A program made the position numbers and the translations under genes. From assembly GCF_032444005.1 (NCBI RefSeq), contig NC_091287.1:24366001-24427089 (forward strand): DNA of 61,089 bases, read 5' to 3'. The DNA is from Ranitomeya imitator (Eukaryota). Shown here piece after piece: positions 37,295 to 47,439 of the stretch. The first letter of the stretch is position 1, and every line of letters starts with the position of its first letter. The notes beneath the pieces were generated by a model. The model had not been told where the DNA came from, ran no database searches, and saw only the letters and a program-made list of their open reading frames with translations.

Positions 37295-37377
37295 ATGTCG
37301 AGGTGAGGAGACTTAAAGCCGCAATGCTCCTCATAGGTGGCACTAGAGTTCTAGTTCTCTTCCTCTCTGAAGAGACA

Positions 37378-37455
37378 ATTTGCATATTTCCCAGAGGAGC
37401 ATTGCGGCTTTAAGTCTCCTCACCTCGACATGCTTATCATGTCACTCTCTGCAAG
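37378..37455 (+). promoter_or_regulatory. snRNA-type promoter-like motifs: octamer (37378-85), SPH/ZNF143-like (37387-407), PSE-like (37444-55)
   Basis: ATTTGCAT is exact; TTTCCCAGAGGAGCATTGCGG resembles the Staf/SPH site; ACTCTC(T/C)(G/A)(C/T)AAG occurs in all three copies (36320, 37444, 37737) and resembles the Xenopus PSE as recalled. Confidence 0.55.
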
Positions 37456-37509
37456 GAGAAACGATACTTCTTGGATCCCGGTCAGTTGCCTCTCAATCAG
37501 CCAAATCAG

Positions 37510-37569
37510 ATCTCCACTTTGCACTGACGAGGGGCAGTACCCCGAAACACAGTGTCTGCAAATCGAGAT
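37510..37569 (+). ncRNA. Type I hammerhead ribozyme, fully canonical; predicted cleavage after 37556
   Basis: TTTGCA(37518-23)-CTGACGA-GGGG(CAGTA)CCCC-GAA-ACA(CAG)TGT-C|TGCAAA(37557-62); stem I is extended by ATCTC/GAGAT across a CAC/TC internal loop. Confidence 0.93.
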
Positions 37570-38163
37570 TCATGTGACAAGGCTCGTTAAAGGGTCGACA
37601 TTGACTGTTAGGATTGCTACTTCCAATAGGTGGCACTAGAGTTCTAGTTATCTTCCTCTCTGAAGAGACAATTTGCCTATTTCCCAGAGGAGCATTGCGG
37701 CTGTAAGTCTACTCACCTTAACATGCTTATCATGTCACTCTCCGCAAGGAGAAGCGATACTTCTTGGATCCCATATAAAAAAGTGAAAAACTGTAAATAT
37801 CTTACTGTTACTGAGAAAGCTAGGGGCAACCAATATGGCTGTCATTACACTTCCTATAGCTCTTTCCTGAACATATTGGCTTGACTACCTTGAGCCCACC
37901 AGAGAAGATGAAACTGGGGGAATTACCTTTACAAACTTTGCTTAACCTCATGGTTGATGTTGTGACTGATGCCCATTTTCATGTCCTGGACCCCTCTCTG
38001 ATGTCAAATGTTATGTGTAAAATAGTTATAGCTAATTATGTTTGATACATAACCAGTCCCCAATACTACAATAGAATAAGGATTCCTTTAAAGCTAGATG
38101 TCAGCCATTAGAGAGCTCTTCTGCCAGCCATGTTGATTGTCAACCAGCTTATATGAACTTATA

Positions 38164-39815
38164 CAGTTAGGGCCAGAAATATTTGGACAGTGACACAAGT
38201 TTTGTTATTTTAGCTGTTTACAAAAACATGTTCAGAAATACAATTATATATATAATATGGGCTGAAAGTGCACACTCCCAGCTGCAATATGATAGTTTCC
38301 ACATCCAAATCGGAGAAAGGGTTTAGGAATCATAGCTCTGTAATGCATAGCGTCCTCTTTTTCAAGGGACCAAAAGTAATTGGACAATGGACTCTAAGGG
38401 CTGCAATTAACTCTGAAAGTGTCTCCCTCGTTAACCTGTAATCAATGAAGTAGTTAAAAGGTCAGGGGTGGATTCCAGGTGTGTGGTTTTGCATTTGGAA
38501 GCTGTTGCTGTGAGCAGACAACATGCGGTCAAAGGAACTCTCAATTGAGGTGAAGCAGAACATCCTGAGGCTGAAAAAAAAGAAAAAATCCATCAGAGAG
38601 ATAGCAGACATGCTTGGAGTAGCAAAATCAACAGTTGGGTACATTCTGAGAAAAAAGGAATTGACTGGTGAGCTTGGGAACTCAAAAAGGCCTGGGCGTC
38701 CACGGATGACAAGAGTGGTGGATGATCGCCGCATACTTAATTTGGTGAAGAAGAACCCGTTCACAACATCAACTGAAGTCCAGAACACTCTCAGTGAAGT
38801 AGGTGTATCTGTCTCTAAGTCAACAGTAAAGAGAAGACTCCATGACAGTAAATACAAAGGGTTCACATCTAGATGCAAACCATTCATCAATACCAAAAAT
38901 AGACAGGCCAGAGTTAAATTTGCAGAAAAACACCTCAAGAAGCCAGCTCAGTTCTGGAAAAGTATTCTATGGACAGATGAGACAAAGATCAACCTGTACC
39001 AGAATGATGGGAAGAAAAAAGTTTGGAGAAGAAAGGGAACGGCACATGATCCAAGGCACACCACATCCTCTGTAAAACATGGTGGAGGCAACGTGATGGC
39101 ATGGGCATGCATGGCTTTCAATGGCACTGGGTCACTTGTGTTTATTGATGACATAAGAGCAGACAAGAGTAGCCGGATGAATTCTGAAGTGTACCGGGAT
39201 ATACTTTCAGCCCAGATTCAGCCAAATGCTGCAAAGTTGATTGGATGGCGCTTCATAGTACAGATGGACAATGACCCCAAGCATACAGCCAAAGCTACCC
39301 AGGAGTTCATGAGTGCCAAAAAGTGGAACATTCTGCAATGGCCAAGTCAATCTCCAGATCTAAACCCAATTGAGCATGCATTTCACTTGCTCAAATCCAG
39401 ACTTAAGACGGAAAGACCCACAAACAAGCAAGACCTGAAGGCTGCGGCTGTAAAGGCCTGGCAAAGCATTAAAAAGGACGAAACCCAGCGTTTGGTGATG
39501 TCCATGGGTTCCAGACTTAAGGCAGTGATTGCCTCCAAAGGATTTGCAACAAAATATTGAAAATAAAAATATTTTGTTTGGGTTATGTTTATTTGTCCAA
39601 TTACTTTTGACCTCCTAAAATGTGGAGTGTTTGTAAAGAAATGTGTACAATTCCTACATTTTCTATCAGATATTTTTGTTCAACCCTTCAAATTAAACGT
39701 TACAATCTGCACTTGAATTCTGTTGTAGAGGTTTCATTTCAAATCCAATGTGGTGGCATGCAGAGCCCAACTCGCGAAAATTGTGTCACTGTCCAAATAT
39801 TTCTGGCCCTAACTG
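38164..39815 (+). mobile_element. Full-length Tc1-like DNA transposon, 1652 bp
   Basis: TA TSD; perfect 35-bp TIR CAGTTAGGGCCAGAAATATTTGGACAGTGACACAA; inner inverted 17-mers at 38371-87 and 39593-609. Confidence 0.97.
38523..39560 (+). CDS. Intact Tc1 transposase, DD34E, 345 aa
   Basis: PAIRED-like HTH and GRPR motif; LWTDETK, QMDNDPKH and SPDLNPIEH, with 34 residues between the second D and the E. Confidence 0.95.
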   Translation: MRSKELSIEVKQNILRLKKKKKSIREIADMLGVAKSTVGYILRKKELTGELGNSKRPGRPRMTRVVDDRRILNLVKKNPFTTSTEVQNTLSEVGVSVSKSTVKRRLHDSKYKGFTSRCKPFINTKNRQARVKFAEKHLKKPAQFWKSILWTDETKINLYQNDGKKKVWRRKGTAHDPRHTTSSVKHGGGNVMAWACMAFNGTGSLVFIDDIRADKSSRMNSEVYRDILSAQIQPNAAKLIGWRFIVQMDNDPKHTAKATQEFMSAKKWNILQWPSQSPDLNPIEHAFHLLKSRLKTERPTNKQDLKAAAVKAWQSIKKDETQRLVMSMGSRLKAVIASKGFATKY

Positions 39816-40064
39816 TATATACCCAGGTTGTCCATCCATGAAAACATTAAAAAAATGCTAAGAGTTTTATAGCAGAAGTCATACTCACCACGGCACCAAT
39901 TCTAAGGCTTCCTGGTCTCTCGACAGTCTCTGTAGTTCCATCCAGTAAATGTTTTGTCTTCTACACTTACTATTAATGCAGCTTATTACCGGCTAAGCAG
40001 TGACCCACTGTAGCCAGTGATTGTCTGCAGCAGTAAAGAGCTGAAGTGAAATGCCGAGATCGGT

Positions 40065-40485
40065 TGTTAGGATCCAGGCTTCGGTTAGAGTAACTGTTAG
40101 AGTAATTGTATTGCAACTACTAAGGGTAGCAGAGACAGGTAGCAATGTCAGAGAAGTCTGAGGACGGTACACAGGAGTAGCAGGATTGTATGGAGGATAA
40201 GCAGGTAACAGCAGCAGGATTGTAATGGAGGATAAGCAAGTAATGAAAAAGCTAGACTAAAGGCTGGGATCTCAATAATCTTACAAGGAGGCAAGTTCAA
40301 GGCCAAGTTTAAGTAGGGTGTCCAATCAAGCACAGAGTGAGCCAATCAGGAAAACACAGGGTGTAGCTGACCAGAAACAACAGGTACTGGTATCTGAACT
40401 TTCAGGGAGCTGTCATAGAGCTGAATAGCTAAAGGGGAAGAGCTTCTGCCTAGTACACAGGAGTCACCAGTTTCGAGTCCTGACA
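40065..40485. mobile_element. Possible solo LTR relic
   Basis: TGTTAGGA…TCCTGACA ends match as inverted repeats at 7/8; no matching TSD. Confidence 0.4.
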
Positions 40486-41075
40486 CCACTGAGGCACAAG
40501 GAAGCATCAGAAACATAATGACTGGGGATTGGAAAGGGGAACAGTTTATGATGTACACTGCAGTCTGTCAAGGGTTTTGCTAGCACATCACGAAAAGATG
40601 TTAAAGTAGAATCTTGAGAAATTGGAGTCTTTAGGAAATAGACTGAAGTTTCCACCCTTACCTCTCTGCAAATTTCACCCTTCTGCCAAATTGTGGCAAA
40701 CCGATAGTAGGACTCTGAACTTTATACCTTTTCTTCTACTAGCTCCACATTAATGCACTGTTTGTTCAGGCACTAGGACTCTGCTGATTGGACCTTTTAT
40801 TAATGAGCCAATATTCTGTGTTTGCTTTTTTCTTCATGTAAATTAACGTAATAATTTAACACAACATTGTAATACGGTTTCCAGATCTCGGCTTCATCAC
40901 CCCGCAGATGGATAACATTCGTCATAGTAATAACATCTTCAGACAAAATGAGGATAAAACAATGTAACAATGTGAATATAGTCATGCAAATGGAACACGA
41001 CAATAAATATAGTACTTGCAAGGGGCATATACATCCAAATCCATTGTGATCCCCAATGGGGACAGTGATGATGAC

Positions 41076-41513
41076 TAGGCTTGAGCGAAACGGATCGGAC
41101 AAATTCAAAAGTCATGAAACCCGACCCGATCCTAGTGTGGGATCGGCCATGCGGTCGGCGATCTTCGCGCCAAAGTCGCGTATCGTATGACGCGTTTGGT
41201 GCCATTTTTTCAGCCAATGAAGGAGCGTGGACAGAGTGATGACATAGGTCTTAGGGGCGTGCACGCCTATCGCCATATTCTCGCTTGTGCGCTGTAGCGA
41301 TTTGCAATGTGTAACACCAGCTTTTCTGTTCAGGGATGGAGTGGAGAGAGAGAGAGATTGAGATTTCCCATTGACTTTGCATTGGGTTTCGTGTTTTGGT
41401 CGATCCCCGACTTTTCGCGATAATCGGCCGATTTCACTCGACTCGACTTTTGAGATAGTCGGGTTTCGCGAAACCCGGCTCGACCCTAAAAAAGTAAAAG
41501 TCGCTCAACCCTA
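41076..41513. mobile_element. hAT-type MITE, 438 bp, CpG-rich
   Basis: 8-bp TSD ATGATGAC (41068-75 and 41514-21); TIR TAGG(C/G)TTGAGCGA. Confidence 0.93.
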
Positions 41514-43213
41514 ATGATGACGTCTGTACAGCACTGTATGCCTGAAAAAGATGATGGTCTGTGAAAGAAGTGGTTAATTTCTGTTCTGAATAAAATAGAA
41601 GAAAATAGTATTATGCAAGAATGGCCTATGTTCCAGTTATCATCTGCCTACATGCCGATATCCACATGGCCGTTGGTCAGTTTTAGATTACCAGAAATTG
41701 TCAAAGACATGTTGTTGTTTTCAATATGGTCTGTAGCCACCCAGAAATTCTATGTGTTCAGCCAAGTTTTCTTGAGAACTTTATCTTTTGAACCAGAACA
41801 CATTGACATGCTGGCAATAGATTAAGCTCATAAAATCAATGACAAAAGGATAAGTTTTTTTTTAACTTTTGTTTTTTTCTTCCCCTTCGTCCAAGATCCA
41901 TAACTTTTTATTTTTCTGGAGTTAACGTGAACGTGTCAGCAGGATTTTGCTAAGTAATCCAGAGGTATTGTCATGTTGGCAGTGTTACACTGGTTAAAAT
42001 AATACTTGAAGTAAAGAATTCCGTCTTGTGGTTCTTGTGTAATCAGTATTACAAGTTTTCAGTTAGATGCCCATGCTCCAGGCTGAGACTGCAGGCAGAG
42101 TCTTATCTTCCTGCACTAAGTTAGAGAAACCAAGGAAAGACTGGCCCACAGGCTACCCCGAAGTTCAAACAGTCTGTCTCTATGATGAGGAACATGTTTG
42201 TGCTTCGGGTGGCCACAATTTTACCAAATTTCATGGTGACATTGTTTTGCGATGAAGCGCTAGACTTAGGTAGTGTTTCACTAAATATCATCCTGTCCTT
42301 TGGGTTTTGTAGATTTCTATTCTCTTCCCACCCATCTGTTCTTGGTTTGGTTGGGTAACGAACCGGCAAGCCCTGCATGTGCTGCGGCTGTCAAACAGCC
42401 GTGAGAGGTGCAGCTGTGGGGACTCAAACATATTTTTCCAGCCCGCCGAAGTCAATCGGTTAGCACACAAGCATGCTTGGATAACACCTTATTTGAGCAT
42501 GTTCGCTCATCATTATAGGTCACCAATATCATATCGGTACGGCTGCTAGTTGGAAATGTTGAGTTGCGGCGCTGTCAACTGTATAATGTGACCGGATACT
42601 ACACATCCACCCGACTATTGCATTCAATGGGGGTCAGTTATGCAGTACCGAGCTTTGGCCACTGTAGTTGACGGAGCTGGGCAGCACCATAAATGAGCAC
42701 TTTCACCAGAAAAACAGCTGATTGGTGAGAGTGCCGGAAGGCCACTCCCACCGCTCAGATATTACTAACCTTTCCTAAGGATAGACCATAAATATAAAAG
42801 TCCCAGACAACTCCCTTTTAACAAATTAATGATGGAAAAGGATATGACATTAATATGAAACTAGTTTGCCCGTGCAAAATTTTCTCACATTGGTTGTCGG
42901 GGGCGCAGGCAATTTCAGGAAAATCAAGCTGGTCAAATGTAAATGCATTTAATGAGATGATGAACACAGAGAGGTATTTATATATGTAGATTGGTAATAC
43001 AATAAATTGGTTTGATAAGTAGAGGCTAAAAAAATGTTTTGAAGTTGTGGTGCCACCTGCAGGTTATTGTTTTTTTCTGCAGGTTTCTGAAAATGAATGT
43101 TTAAACTGTTTTTATTGATTAAATTGTGAATGTGTGGTTTGTTTGTGTCTTTTCTTGCTTAAAGGGGCAAGTTTACCTTTCAAATAGTGTATTATTTGTG
43201 TGTGTGTGGGGCA

Positions 43214-43492
43214 AAGTAATCACCGAAAAAGCAGCGCATGTTTACAAATGTGTTTGCATATGTGACTCACCATTTGTGTGTGTGGGTGAAGTAATCACCG
43301 AAAAAGCAGTGCATGTTTACAAATGTGTTTGCATATGTGACTCACCATTTGTGTGTGTGGGTGAAGTAATCACTGAAAAAGCAGTGCATGTTTACAAATG
43401 TGTTTGCATATGTGACTCACCATTTGTGTGTGTGGGCGAAGTAATCACTGAAAAAGCTGGGCATGTTTACAAATGTGTTTGCATATGTGACC
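43214..43492. repeat. 3.7 x 75-bp tandem repeat
   Basis: AAGTAATCAC starts at 43214, 43289, 43364 and 43439; the flanking 43040-43240 has a diverged copy at ~43810-44020. Confidence 0.92.
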
Positions 43493-43606
43493 TCCACCTG
43501 CAGTGGAGTGTGCAATCTTCCAATGTCCTTGAAATCGGCTGGGCAAGGAGTTCAACAAGCTGGAAAGCCCCCAAGGCAAATGTTAGGATTTGTTTGTGAT
43601 GTCTGT

Positions 43607-43778
43607 GATTTTTTTTTTCTGTGCTATGTTGTGTATTAATATGTGATTCTTCAGAATTTCTTTTAGTCTTTACCTGATGAAGAGACCTGAGTAGTCTCGA
43701 AAGCTTGCAATTCGTTACCATCTTTTCAGTTAGCCATTTAAAGGTATCAACCACTGAGGACTCTCAATTCTAAATATT
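43607..43778 (+). mobile_element. Penelope-like short retroposon (family B), 172 bp
   Basis: 14-bp TSD TTTGTGATGTCTGT (43593-606 and 43779-92); contains a minimal hammerhead. Confidence 0.82.
43670..43710 (+). ncRNA. Minimal type I hammerhead (palindromic helix III, probably active only as a dimer)
   Basis: TTAC-CTGATGA-A-GAGAC(CTGAGTA)GTCTC-GAA-AGCT-T-GCAA; the 37260 copy has TTGC, which restores stem I. Confidence 0.65.
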
Positions 43779-45356
43779 TTTGTGATGTCTGTAAGCTGCT
43801 TTGTGGTAGTGTGGTGCCACCTGCAGGTCATTTTTCCTTACTGCAGGTTTATGAAAATTAATTTTTTAAGTGTATTTTGTGATCACATCGTGGATGTGTG
43901 GTTTATTTGGCTATTTTCTTGCTAAAGGGGGCAAGTTTACCTTTCAAATGGTGTATCATTTGTGTGTGTGGGTGCAGTATGAACGTAGATACAAAATAAT
44001 CACCAAAAAAGTGTTTAGAAATAATATAAAAGGATTAACGATAAAAAAAAAAAAAAAAATTACAATTAAAAAATAGTATTTTTTTAAATAATGCCCAATA
44101 ATAATAAAATAATATAATGCAAAAATAATGATTGATAGCAAAAACAACAATAATAATTTAGAATAATAAATAAAATGCATGATATATTATTACCTTAATG
44201 GAGAACACATGTAACATTCCTATAAGTTATCTATCACGGTATTAGAAAATCACCGCCGGCAGCCGGGGTAGACAGTGAGTGATAATGACACATGACCATT
44301 TGATGAACAGTACTTTGCAGAGAAAATATTTTTCAGGATAAATGGTCTATAATCTAAAATTATTCTCAGCAGCATAATGGGAAACTTTGCATTTATGGAG
44401 AGCAGAGCCTCCCAGACAGTGTAAAGCAGTAGATCAGACGAGGAGGACACATTAGCCTGTAAGTACATTGTGCACAGCTTAGCCGGCCGAGATCTGGTCT
44501 TAGTGATATATGTTCCTTCCTCTTGTAAATGGAATATTTAGTGATGGTAAGAAAAGCACCCATCTGCTGCATGTATAATGCTTCTCTACTCTGCAAATGT
44601 CAATTCATGCTTCAAGGGTTATTAGATACCAAACTCCGATTATGGTGGAATACATGCAGAGATTGAGGATGCTTAAAAAAAAATCAGACCTTTACTTTGA
44701 TGTTTGGGATAAATCTTCAAGTAATAAAAAAAAAATAGAACAAATGAAAGATAAATAAAAATGAGCAAAAAAATAAAAAATAACCCATTCCTTCAAATAT
44801 GGTGGAGTATGCGGGCAATAAATGTTAGATCTGTGAAATAAGAATGAAAAAAAAAATAAATAAAAAGAAAGTTGAAACAAAGGATAAAATATAAACAAAG
44901 ATAAAGTGAGAGCTGGCTTCATATTTTTGAATGGGACATAAAGAAATGGAATGTTGAGCTGAATGTCTGCTATGTTTGGCTTGCGATTATTTCACTTCCT
45001 GAGACCTCTGAACCCAATAGTGAAGCTGTTGTCTATGATGAAACCATTTTTATTAGATAAATGCACATAATTAACATGTAAACATCTTTGCCAACTTTCT
45101 CAGAACATCTGGGAGGCTCCGAGAAAAGAAAAGACCAGATAAAGATCTCACATAGTTGGCAAATATCTCACAGACAAAAGTATTTTTCCGGTTTTCTGTA
45201 TGCGATATTGGGATGCGTGGAATGGGCTTTCCTAGGGTCACGACATGAAAAAAATGGCATGGAGACCAGTAAAAATTTGCCACCCTCTGAATTTCCCTTG
45301 ACGGCCAAGATTGTATATTTTTCATTAACAGGTCTCTTTGTACTACTGCTACTTAT

Positions 45357-45668
45357 TAGTGATGAGCGAGTATACTCGTTGCTCGGGTTTTCCAGAGCAC
45401 GCTTGGATGGTCTCCGACTATTTATGACTGCTCGGAGATTTAGTTTTCCTTGCCGCAGCTGCATGATTTACAGCTACTAGCCAGCCTGAGTACAGGTGGG
45501 GATTCCCTAGCAACCAGGCAACCCCCACATGTACTCAGCCTGGCTAGTAGCTGTAAATCATGCAGCTATGTCAACAAAAACTAAATCTCCGAGTCATCAC
45601 AAATACTCAGAGGACCACCCGAGCGTGCTCTGGAAAACCCGAGCAACCAGTATACTCGCTCATCACTA
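45357..45668. mobile_element. hAT-type MITE, 312 bp, palindromic throughout
   Basis: 8-bp TSD CTACTTAT (45349-56 and 45669-76); TIR TAGTGATGAGCGAGTATACT. Confidence 0.95.
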
Positions 45669-46134
45669 CTACTTATAGGTTTAATTTATATTTTGTCAAA
45701 CTGTGGCAAAGCTGTAGAAATCCATTACTATATGACATGGTCCCTCTGACCTAGTGCAAGGCTTATGTAAACGTCAGTCTTCTCTTCACTGACCCTCTCA
45801 TTCTATGCATGATCCTCTGCTGTTAGATTAGACAATGTTGTTGGGCCTAAAGGTGGGAAACTTAGCTCCACTGCATTAAAAGAAAACCATAGTCAGAAAA
45901 TTACCTATTATTTAAATATATATTTTTGTTAAATGTATTTTTTTTAAAAAATGATTAAAAAATGGCGATGTTTTGTTTTATTTTTAAATTGTCACAATCT
46001 TTGTTTAAAAAAAATGAGTACATTTGCATTTTTTCAGCCTGACCACCTGGACTGTTTCAGATTCCTCCTGTCCATTCAGTAAACGTTTTCAGCAGTTTCT
46101 TTATCATCAGAGGCAGGATTATAATGACAAGTGT

Positions 46135-46725
46135 AACACCTCTATACACTGCTGATATCCCAGGATCCATCATTCACAATAGGTGATGTCACAGCTCACC
46201 TCCTCCTGTACAATGACTGATAACACCTCTATATACAGTAGATAACACAGGATCCACCATTCACAATAGGTGATATCACAGCTCACCTCCTCCTCCTGTA
46301 CAATGACTGATAACACCTCTATATACAGTAGATAACACAGGATCCACCATTCACAATAGGTGATATCACAGCTCACCTCCTCCTCCTGTACAATGACTGA
46401 AAACACCTCTATATACAGTAGATAACACAGGATCCACCATTCACAATAGTTGGTGTCACAGCTCACCTTCTCCTCCTGCACAATGACTGATAACACCTCT
46501 ATATACAGTAGATAACACAGGATCCACCATTCACAATAGGTTATGTCACAGCTCACCTCCTCCTCCTGCACAATGACTGATAACACCTCTATATACAGTA
46601 GATAACACAGGATCCACCATTCACATTAGGTCATGTCACAGCTCACTTCCTCCTCCTGTACAATGACTGATAAGATAACACCTCTATATACAGCAGATAA
46701 CACAAAATTTACCAATCACAATAGG
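46135..46725. repeat. ~6.5 x 90-bp tandem repeat inside the element
   Basis: The unit beginning TAACACCTCT starts at ~46135, 46221, 46311, 46401, 46491, 46581 and ~46677. Confidence 0.93.
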
Positions 46726-47355
46726 TGTCACGAATCATTAAGGTATTCATGGCAGCTCTGGGTCTGCTGTAATTTAAATGTTGCATTTGCTTTTGTTCCA
46801 GCAAGAGTTAATGTCTGTCTCTTGCTTGCTGTTCTTTTAGTCTGGTCAGCTGATGTTAGTTGGTAACCACTCCCACTTTCCTTTAAATGGTCACATGACC
46901 CACCAGCTGATCGTTGGTAGTAGAGTTCTTCTATGCAGGCCAGTTAGGGGTGTGGAGCTCACCTGTGACGGTGGTGTTGGTGCTGTGGGAGTTCTGTTAT
47001 TGTGGTGCCACTTTCTCTGCTGCTTTAGAGCTTAGTAGCAGAGCCGGAGATGAGTATTTCCCTTTTTGTCTGCCCCATGTTTGTCTCTTCCCCTGTGTGT
47101 TACCTTCTGCAATGGTGAGGCTAGCGTACTTGCCAGTCAGTGCACTAGCCAGGGTTCATAGATGTGACAGTCAGAGACTAGCATGTGACGGCGGCGGGGG
47201 GAAGCACTCGCTTAGGGCGTTAGGGAAGCTAAGGGACAGGCATAGATTGGTGTTTGGAGGTGTCCCATCTCTTGCTCCATACCGTTAGGGCCTTCCTCTC
47301 CCTTTTCCATCCCATTGAATTTATTTGCTGTGTTGACCAGTGTCTATGCGTGACT
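46726..47355. mobile_element. Solo LTR, 630 bp
   Basis: TGTCACG…CGTGACT ends (last base mutated); flanks ATAGG and ATAAG form a 5-bp TSD with 1 mismatch; the host sequence resumes afterwards. Confidence 0.72.
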
Positions 47356-47439
47356 ATAAGGGATGTCACGCTCCCCTCTTTTCACAATGACCTTTGCACA
47401 CGCTCATTAGATTCCTTAATGCTAAAGATGGGGTCGGTG

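Larger units (their letters stand above)
37291..37773 (+). mobile_element. Family A retrozyme-like element: 42-bp inverted 5' segment plus 1.5 tandem copies of a 293-bp monomer
   Basis: ATAGGTGGCACTAGAG at 37333 and 37626 gives a period of 293; 37291-37332 is the perfect reverse complement of 37394-37435. Confidence 0.88.

Noticed and set aside
43126-43599. 157-aa Cys/His-rich ORF resembling a zinc-finger repeat
   Set aside because: It is the translation of the 75-bp tandem repeat, and the spacing does not fit C2H2 or other known fingers.
46170-46586. 138-aa repetitive ORF
   Set aside because: It is the translation of the 90-bp array inside a DNA element.
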